Of a DNA stretch of 64,000 nucleotides, positions 56,997 through 64,000 are shown piece after piece; positions within the stretch are counted from its first letter, which is position 1; every line of letters begins with the position of its first letter. The translations under genes and the position numbers were made by a program. The stretch is from an uncultured Verrucomicrobiae bacterium (GTDB lineage Bacteria; Verrucomicrobiota; Verrucomicrobiia; Limisphaerales; Palsa-1400): NCBI GenBank assembly GCA_963764165.1, contig CAVXRD010000002.1, positions 1,728,001 to 1,792,000 of the forward strand. The letters run 5' to 3'. The notes below the pieces were generated by a model. That model searched no databases. It was not told the DNA's origin and worked only from the letters and a program-made list of their open reading frames with translations.

Positions 56997-59900
56997 ATGC
57001 GTAAATTTGCCATGAAATTGAAGTTTTATTTGATTGCGGCAGTTATGTTGACAGACGCCTTGGTATCTGTGGCTGACGCTCAAACTTCGCCGACTTTGTA
57101 TTGGACAAACCCCGCTCCCATTATGTACGGGACGCCTCTAAATTCCAACCAGTTGGACGCTACGGCAAGCGTGCCAGGCTCCTTTGCCTACAACCCGACA
57201 AATGGCACATTGCTCAACACAGGCACTAATTCGCTTGCGGTTATCTTCACACCCTCCGACACGGTAGATTACGGCAGCGTCACCGATTCAGTGAGCCTGG
57301 TTGTTACTCCGTTGCCGTTGCAAGTGACGGCGTCCAACGCCAGCCGCCAAGTGAGCGCGGCCAATCCAGCTTTCAAGGGATCCATCAAAGGTTTGACCAA
57401 TGGCGATAATATAACGGCAACTTACACTACCACCGCCACGGCGGGCTCACCGGCAGGAACCTATCCCATCACGCCCACGCTGGCAGACACGAACAACCGC
57501 CAAACCAACTACACCGTCACTCTGGTGAATGGCACACTAACCGTAACGAACGCCTCCAGTTACGTCTCTCCCTACACCTTCGCGACACTGGCCGGCCAAC
57601 CCGGCGTTTCAGGCACCAACGATGGGACAGGCGCCGCCGCTCTTATGAGTCATCCCAACGGGGTTGCCTTGGATAGCGCGGGTAACATCTACATCACGGA
57701 TATAGACAACGAGATCATACGGCTGGTCACACCTGAGGGAATGGTAACGACGCTGGCCGGACGGGACGGCGTGGCTGGCACCAATGACGGGGCGGGCAGC
57801 GCGGCGCTTTTTCATACGCCGTTGGGGGTGGTGGTGGACAGTGCCACCAACCTCTATGTATCGGACTATAGCAGTGACACCATTCGAAAAGCAAGTCCGG
57901 TGGGAACGAATTGGGTGGTGACGACGTTTGCCGGGCAGCCGGGCGTTGCAGGCACCAATGACGGATTGGGAAGCGCCGCGCAATTCTCAAACCCCAACGA
58001 ATTGGCGATGGACAGCGCGGGCAACATTTATGTGGCGGACGAAGGCAACGAGACGATCCGGCGAATCACACCCGCTGGGATGGTCTCAACCCTGGCCGGA
58101 AATCCGGGCATTGCCGGCAACTCAAATGGAATTGGGAGCGCGGCGCTCTTTCGCACTCCGTCCGGAGTGGCGGTGGACAGCGCTGGAAATGTGTACGTTG
58201 CAGATTGGGGCAACGACATGATACGAAAGCTCGCGCCTTCAGGGACAAATTGGGTGGTCTCGACACTGGCGGGCCTCGCAGGCACGACTGGCAGCGCGGA
58301 TGGGACGAACACCGGGGCGCGATTTTATGAGCCGAATGACATTGCTGTGGACGGTGCGTCCAACCTCTACGTATCGGATTACCTTAACAACTCAATCAGG
58401 AGGATCGAGCCGGTTGGAACTAACTGGGTGGTGACGACGATCGGAGGATTGCCGGGCGTTTACGGCACCAACGATGGGACGGGCAGCGCCGCGCGGTTTG
58501 ATGAACCGGCTGGTTTGGCAGTGGATGTTAATGGAGTCCTTTACGTCGCGGACCCATCCAGCGATACAATCCGGAAAGGGTACTTGCCGCCCTTCATCAC
58601 CGCTTCTCCGGCGTCTGAGACGGTCGCCGCGGGCTACAATTTGACCTTGAGCGTGACGGCGGGCGGCACTGGTCCATTGAGTTACCAATGGCTCTTCGAT
58701 GGGACAAATCTCAACGGCGCAACCAGCTCTGAACTCACCGTGAGCAACGTTCAACAAATCGATGCGGGCGATTATCAAGTGATTGTTTCCAGTCCCTACG
58801 GCTCGATTACAAACGCAGCACCCGCCATCCTGGTCGTCGAGCCCGCCTTGGCGGTCTACACTTTTGCGGGGCTTCCCGGAACCAACGGGGCGGGCTCCGG
58901 TGTCGGCACCAATGCGCAATTCTACTATCCGACAACCCTGGCGATGGATGCGTCGGAGAATTTATATATAGCCGATGCCGACAATAACGAAATTCGTTAC
59001 ATGACGCCCGCAGGAGTGGTGAGCGTCCTGGCAGGCTTGGCAGGCGTCAGCGGGACAAATGACGGCGTTGGCTCCGCTGCGCGGTTTTCGGGACCCAATG
59101 GAGTGGCGGTGGACGGCTCGGGGCATGTCTTTGTGGCCGACACCGGAAACAACACCATCCGTGAAATCATGCTCGTCGGCACAAACTGGGTGGTCAGCAC
59201 CATCGCCGGATCGGCCGGGCTCACCGGCACGAACGACGGAGCGGGACATGCGGCGAGGTTTAATACCACCAAGGGCGTGGCCGTGGACAGTGGGGGCAAT
59301 GTCTATGTGGCGGATCAAATCAATAACACCATTCGGAAACTCGTGCCAAGCGGGACGAACTGGACGGTCAGCACGCTGGCCGGGTCGCCGACAGTCAGCG
59401 GCAGCGCCAACGGAACGGGCGCCGCCGCGCGGTTTAACTCTCCCCGCAACGTGGCCACGGACGCCGCGAGCAATGTTTACGTGGCAGACTGGAACAATTA
59501 TACGGTGCGCAAGGTGACGCCCGCCGGAGTCGTGAGCACCCTGGCCGGATTGGCTGGCAATGCCGGAAGTGCGGATGGCATCGGCGGGGCCGCCCGATTT
59601 TACTCTCCTCATGGGATGGCCGTGGACAAGGCGACCAATGTCTATGTGGCCGATTTTTATAACTCAACAATTCGGAAAATCACTCCTGCAGGCGTTGTTA
59701 CCACGGTGGCCGGACTTCCCGGAAGCCCTGGCAGCGTCGATGGGATCGGCATCAGCGCGCAACTCAACGATCCCTGCTCGTTGTGTTGCGACAAGGCTGG
59801 CAGCAACTTTTTCATCGCCGACACCAGCAACCATGCGATTCGCAAAGCGGTGTATGATTATGGCGAACCGATCGTTTTGCAGGAACCGCAGAGCATCACG

Positions 59901-60626
59901 GCTGCCGTTGGTGGCGCAGTCTCATTCAGCGCGATCGCCTCCAATTCGCTGTCTGCCTCCTACCAATGGTTTTTTGATGGAACAAACTTTGCCGACAGCG
60001 ATAACCCCCTCTTCACTGTCTCCAACACGCAGTTCAGCAACGCGGGCAACTATGGCCTCATTGCCTCCAATGGGGTCGGAGCAACCACAAACCCAATTGT
60101 GACACTTGCCGTGGTTCCCCTCATCATCAATCCGCAACCCGCCAGTCTGACTGCCGTTGCCGGCTCAAACGCTGCCTTTTCAGTGGGCGTGTCGGGTTTG
60201 GGCCCATTCAGCTATCAGTGGCAGATGGGAGGAACAAACCTGGCGGACAATTCTCGCATCAACGGTTCGCAATCGAATGAGCTTGCCATTTCGAATCTGG
60301 CTGTTGCCGATGCCGGTTCCTACCAAGTCATAGTCACGAACGCTTACGGCGCCGTAACAAGCACGGTTGCCACCCTGGGTCTTTTGGGAACGCCAGTGGC
60401 ATTTGCCACTAATCCGGGCAGCATCTACTACGCCCATGGGTTGCTCACGCTGCAACTGACGAACCTGGCCGGTCAAGGAGCCATTCTGATCGAGGCGTCA
60501 ACGAATTTAACCGCGTGGGTTCCCATTCATACCAACCCCGCGAGCTTCGGCGCGATCCAGTTTACCGATTCCGGCGCAAGCAACTATTCGCAACGCTATT
60601 ATCGCGCCGTAGTTTCGCCACAGTGA
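56997..60626 (+). CDS. Secreted MBG-like + NHL-repeat + Ig-like protein
   Basis: Signal peptide; WTNPAPIMYGTPL and VTASNASR...NGTLTV modules; two NHL blocks (GTNDG.G.AA.F..P.GVAVD); three Ig-like domains. Confidence 0.9.
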   Translation: MRKFAMKLKFYLIAAVMLTDALVSVADAQTSPTLYWTNPAPIMYGTPLNSNQLDATASVPGSFAYNPTNGTLLNTGTNSLAVIFTPSDTVDYGSVTDSVSLVVTPLPLQVTASNASRQVSAANPAFKGSIKGLTNGDNITATYTTTATAGSPAGTYPITPTLADTNNRQTNYTVTLVNGTLTVTNASSYVSPYTFATLAGQPGVSGTNDGTGAAALMSHPNGVALDSAGNIYITDIDNEIIRLVTPEGMVTTLAGRDGVAGTNDGAGSAALFHTPLGVVVDSATNLYVSDYSSDTIRKASPVGTNWVVTTFAGQPGVAGTNDGLGSAAQFSNPNELAMDSAGNIYVADEGNETIRRITPAGMVSTLAGNPGIAGNSNGIGSAALFRTPSGVAVDSAGNVYVADWGNDMIRKLAPSGTNWVVSTLAGLAGTTGSADGTNTGARFYEPNDIAVDGASNLYVSDYLNNSIRRIEPVGTNWVVTTIGGLPGVYGTNDGTGSAARFDEPAGLAVDVNGVLYVADPSSDTIRKGYLPPFITASPASETVAAGYNLTLSVTAGGTGPLSYQWLFDGTNLNGATSSELTVSNVQQIDAGDYQVIVSSPYGSITNAAPAILVVEPALAVYTFAGLPGTNGAGSGVGTNAQFYYPTTLAMDASENLYIADADNNEIRYMTPAGVVSVLAGLAGVSGTNDGVGSAARFSGPNGVAVDGSGHVFVADTGNNTIREIMLVGTNWVVSTIAGSAGLTGTNDGAGHAARFNTTKGVAVDSGGNVYVADQINNTIRKLVPSGTNWTVSTLAGSPTVSGSANGTGAAARFNSPRNVATDAASNVYVADWNNYTVRKVTPAGVVSTLAGLAGNAGSADGIGGAARFYSPHGMAVDKATNVYVADFYNSTIRKITPAGVVTTVAGLPGSPGSVDGIGISAQLNDPCSLCCDKAGSNFFIADTSNHAIRKAVYDYGEPIVLQEPQSITAAVGGAVSFSAIASNSLSASYQWFFDGTNFADSDNPLFTVSNTQFSNAGNYGLIASNGVGATTNPIVTLAVVPLIINPQPASLTAVAGSNAAFSVGVSGLGPFSYQWQMGGTNLADNSRINGSQSNELAISNLAVADAGSYQVIVTNAYGAVTSTVATLGLLGTPVAFATNPGSIYYAHGLLTLQLTNLAGQGAILIEASTNLTAWVPIHTNPASFGAIQFTDSGASNYSQRYYRAVVSPQ

Positions 60627-60670
60627 AGACGCAATGGCGCCAGACGGCATTGAAGCTGCCTTTCCAAATT

Positions 60671-61993
60671 TCAATAAATCGAAACCATGGCGATGGCATT
60701 TTCGACGGTCTTCACCGCATTGTCCGTGCGCATGCCGGGTGAACCAAGATTCAGCCCCTTGACCGATTGCAACAGGCGCAAGGCGTGCAGCGATTTCACC
60801 GCGTAGTTGACATTCTGCGGAACGACACCGGAAGTTTCGAGCATCGCCATGTCGTTCATGCGCGCCACCACCACGCCGACGACCTGGCCTTGAATGTCGC
60901 AGAGCGGGCCGCCGGAATTTCCCGGCTGCACCGGGACGCTGATTTGATATTCGCTCGCGTCATCCTGCATGCCGGCGAGGCTGCTGATTTTGCCGTCCGT
61001 GTATTTTGGCTCGACGCCCTGAATTTGGATGTTCGGAAAACCGATCGTAAAGACTTCCTGCCCGAGATCGGCGGTTTCCTTGCGCGAAATCGCCAGCGGC
61101 TCAAATGTTCCCTGACCATCCACTTTCAAGAGCGCCAGATCATTGGTCAAATCCTCCACCACGACTTTGGCCGGAAATGTTTTGCGTGAAGGAAACACAG
61201 TGACTTCGATTTTCACCGCGTCTTTGACAACGTGATGATTCGTCAGCAAGTAGCCATCGCGCGTCACAAAAAATCCCGAGCCAATCGCGTGGACATGCTT
61301 ATGATCCGGCAGGGCGGAAAATGAGTGGCGGTGCGCTTCTTTGGGTGGGTTCAATGAAGGCGCGAAAGCGATTCCGTCTTGGAGAATTTGCGTTGGCACC
61401 TCGCTGCGCGCGCAGGCGCGGCCCGCATCGTAGCTGCGAACGGTGCGCTCCCCGGAGCGGCTGGTGATGACCATGGGCCCCAAAGCCTTCACATAAACGG
61501 ACACCCTATCGCCATCCGCATAGACCGTCGGCAGGTTATGAATCACGACGTAGATGGGAGACGCCGCCGTGGTGCTGGCCAATTCCGCCAGCGCGCCCTC
61601 GGGGGTCACCGACAAAAGCTTTGCATTGTTGAGCTTGACCCAATTGGCCTGGGGCTTCCGCAAATCGTAAACCACGCCCTCCACTTCGCGGAACATCCCG
61701 TTGCGCACAGCGTCCTCGAATTCCTGCGTTTTGTGCCGGAGCGCCTGGGCGGCGGCTTCGGTGATTTCCGCCTGGCTGATGCCCCAGGAGTCGAGAAAGG
61801 CTTTCGAGAGTTTTGAAGCCGGCACCGTCGCGCCGCCGGCTGGATACGTCAGCACCACGCGCCCGCCGCCGATGATGTGCGCGTCCTGAATATCCACATA
61901 CGAGGTGCCATCCACGGTGACGGCGGTGATTTTCGGGCCCGCCCAGCACGGCAACACGAAGGCGGCAAGCAGCAACGCGGCCAGAAATCTCAT
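60671..61993 (-). CDS. Secreted trypsin-like (S1C) serine protease without PDZ
   Basis: GSGFFV...LLTNHHVV, DLALLKV and VQPGNSGGP triad; unrecognised N-terminal domain. Confidence 0.9.
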   Translation of the reverse strand: MRFLAALLLAAFVLPCWAGPKITAVTVDGTSYVDIQDAHIIGGGRVVLTYPAGGATVPASKLSKAFLDSWGISQAEITEAAAQALRHKTQEFEDAVRNGMFREVEGVVYDLRKPQANWVKLNNAKLLSVTPEGALAELASTTAASPIYVVIHNLPTVYADGDRVSVYVKALGPMVITSRSGERTVRSYDAGRACARSEVPTQILQDGIAFAPSLNPPKEAHRHSFSALPDHKHVHAIGSGFFVTRDGYLLTNHHVVKDAVKIEVTVFPSRKTFPAKVVVEDLTNDLALLKVDGQGTFEPLAISRKETADLGQEVFTIGFPNIQIQGVEPKYTDGKISSLAGMQDDASEYQISVPVQPGNSGGPLCDIQGQVVGVVVARMNDMAMLETSGVVPQNVNYAVKSLHALRLLQSVKGLNLGSPGMRTDNAVKTVENAIAMVSIY

Positions 61994-62390
61994 GGCGCAA
62001 ATATCACACAGATGCAGCGTGCTTTCAACTGCATGGTTGCGCTGCTTGCGAGTTCCGCCCGGGATCCCATATAGCATCAACTTGACAACGGGCCAACCGG
62101 GGGGGCAGCGTCGAGCTAATGCGCGGACTTCACGGATGATCCGCAAGTAGGGCAATTGCAATGAACGCGCCGGACGTTCGCCGGACCGCCTTTATTTTGA
62201 TCGAGTTGACCCAGCTCCGCTCCGCTCACAGCGAAATCGCGCGCCTCACCCACTTTCAATCACACCCCTCCACTGTGTTTTTGAATTCCGTAGCAGACTT
62301 TGAGGAAGCATCGTGCTATGGTGTCATCAGTTTGCTGAATCCAAACCAGGCGCCGTTTGGCCGCCAGCGGGTGAGCCGGAACATGCAACG

Positions 62391-63125
62391 ATGAGCAGCG
62401 TCATTTTAGAATCCGCCAGTCAATTCGCCACCACCCGGTGGAGCGTGGTGCTGCTGGCAGGCCAGGAAATATCGCCGGGCAGCGAGGCGGCGCTGGAGAA
62501 GCTGTGCCGCGGTTACTGGCATCCCGTGTGCGCTTTTGCCCGGCGGAAAGGCTGGAACGAGGAGGATGCCAAGGATTTAACCCAGCAATTCTTTGCCAGC
62601 CTTCTGCGGCGGAAGGACATCAGCGGACTTGATCCCAGAAAGGGAAAATTTCGCACGTTCCTGCTGACCGCCTTCACCCATTTTCTGGCCAATGAATATG
62701 ATCGCGCCACCGCCCAGAAACGGGGTGGAGGCTGCACGATGCTTTCGTTGGATTATCTTCCCGCCGATGCCTTGGGAGGGCTTTCCCGGGCGGAGGATGT
62801 CGCGCCCGACACGGTTTACGACATGCGCTGGGCGCAAACGATTCTGCAAGCCGCGCTGCGCCAGTTGAAAGAGGAAATGTCCAGGGCCAACAAGCAAGAC
62901 CAGTTCGACGAATTGAAACCGTTCCTGACGGCCAATGCCGCCGCGGGCGAGTACTCGCAGGTCGCACAAAAGCTGGGAGTGGCGGCTTCGGCGGCGCCCG
63001 TGCTGGTGCATCGGCTGCGCCAGCGATACCGGGAATTGGTGCGCGCTGAAGTGGCGCAGACTGTCTGCGGCCCCCTGGAATTGGAGGAGGAAATGCGCTA
63101 TTTGTTTTCGGTGCTGAACCAGTAG
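62391..63125 (+). CDS. ECF-type sigma factor (kinase-associated type)
   Basis: FATTRWSVV, ALEKLCRGYWHP, AKDLTQQFF, KGKFRTFLL, AQKRGGG and VHRLRQRYRELVR motifs. Confidence 0.9.
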   Translation: MSSVILESASQFATTRWSVVLLAGQEISPGSEAALEKLCRGYWHPVCAFARRKGWNEEDAKDLTQQFFASLLRRKDISGLDPRKGKFRTFLLTAFTHFLANEYDRATAQKRGGGCTMLSLDYLPADALGGLSRAEDVAPDTVYDMRWAQTILQAALRQLKEEMSRANKQDQFDELKPFLTANAAAGEYSQVAQKLGVAASAAPVLVHRLRQRYRELVRAEVAQTVCGPLELEEEMRYLFSVLNQ

Positions 63126-63254
63126 CCGGCGGGCTTCAGGGCTGGCGCGATGTTGACACCCTATACCAAGGCATAGCGGCGGGAAGCCTTTTTTTCTGTA
63201 ATCGCCATCGGCTTTTCCTTCTTAGAGAGGTATATAAGACCGGACTCTCAACCT

Positions 63255-64000
63255 TTGAGCACGCAGCCAAAATGTCCAACGTGCGGATCGGAAATACCCG
63301 AAGACGCGGAGGACGGCTTGTGCCTCAAATGCCTCGGGCGGCTGGGATTTGTGGCGGACACCGGCGGTCCCCAGGACGGCGGTTTGCCGCGGCTGGGGGA
63401 TTACGAACTGTTGGAGGAAATCGCGCGCGGCGGCATGGGAGTGGTGTATCGGGCGCGGCAGGTGAGCCTCAACCGCATTGTCGCGTTGAAAGTGCTGCTG
63501 CACGGCCCGTTTTCCAGCGAGGATTTTGTCCGGCGCTTTCGCCAGGAGGCGCAGGTGGTCGCTTCCTTGCGGCACCCGAACATCGTGGCCATTTACGAAG
63601 TCGGCGAACAGAACGGCAGCCATTTTCTATCGCTGGAATTCGTGGAAGGGCGAAGCTTCGCCGAACTGACCAAAGGGCAGCTTCTGCCGGCCCGGCGCGC
63701 GGCCGAATACGCCAAGACCATTGCCGAGGCGGTCGAACACGCCCATTCTCGCGGCGTGCTCCACCGCGATTTGAAGCCGTCGAACATTCTGCTCGATATC
63801 TTTGATCAGCCGCGCGTGACAGATTTTGGCCTGGCCAAAGTGGCGAACCATGACGCGGAATTGACCGACACGGGTCATGTGATGGGGACGCCCAGCTATA
63901 TGCCTCCCGAGCAGGCCGGAGGAATGCCATCCAGCAGCGCGCCGCAGTCGGATGTCTATTCAATGGGGGCCATCCTGTATGAATTGCTGACCGGACGGCC
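63255..64000 (+). CDS. Hanks-type Ser/Thr protein kinase (runs off window end)
   Basis: Manual translation from TTG 63255: CPTC...[63 protein letters not shown]. Confidence 0.95.
   Translation, partial: MSTQPKCPTCGSEIPEDAEDGLCLKCLGRLGFVADTGGPQDGGLPRLGDYELLEEIARGGMGVVYRARQVSLNRIVALKVLLHGPFSSEDFVRRFRQEAQVVASLRHPNIVAIYEVGEQNGSHFLSLEFVEGRSFAELTKGQLLPARRAAEYAKTIAEAVEHAHSRGVLHRDLKPSNILLDIFDQPRVTDFGLAKVANHDAELTDTGHVMGTPSYMPPEQAGGMPSSSAPQSDVYSMGAILYELLTGR

Noticed and set aside
57560..59860. NHL nucleotide repeats as a diversity-generating retroelement TR/VR pair
   Set aside because: No reverse transcriptase is present, and the repeats are diverged in-frame protein repeats with no obvious adenine-specific differences.

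Overview
GC-rich bacterial chromosomal window. It is most likely Verrucomicrobiota (Pedosphaerales-like), inferred from the Ig/NHL secreted proteins, the ECF-sigma/Ser-Thr kinase pair and the palindromic repeat families; this was not verified by any search. Most genes are housekeeping or metabolic: partial trpD, rnc, glycerate kinase, M42 peptidase, comEC, lysA, squalene synthase, argH, iscA/hscB-like, UvrD/Rep helicase, tRNA-Glu, ohr, efp and a frameshifted moeA. Two divergent operons encode circularly permuted ATP-grasp, alpha-E and transglutaminase proteins. The window also holds two large Ig+NHL secreted proteins, an IS630 element and several REP/REPIN-like repeat families. The main find is an IS110-superfamily (IS1111-type) element at 11043-12477, inserted precisely at a CT core inside a GTAG-REP arm. 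Its downstream non-coding region folds by eye into a bridge/seek-RNA-like structure. One loop carries guide segments matching both sides of the REP target, and a second loop matches the element's own ends. The window therefore shows an apparently complete RNA-guided recombinase programmed against the host REP family, with three more unoccupied perfect targets present. All calls come from reading the sequence and recognising motifs.
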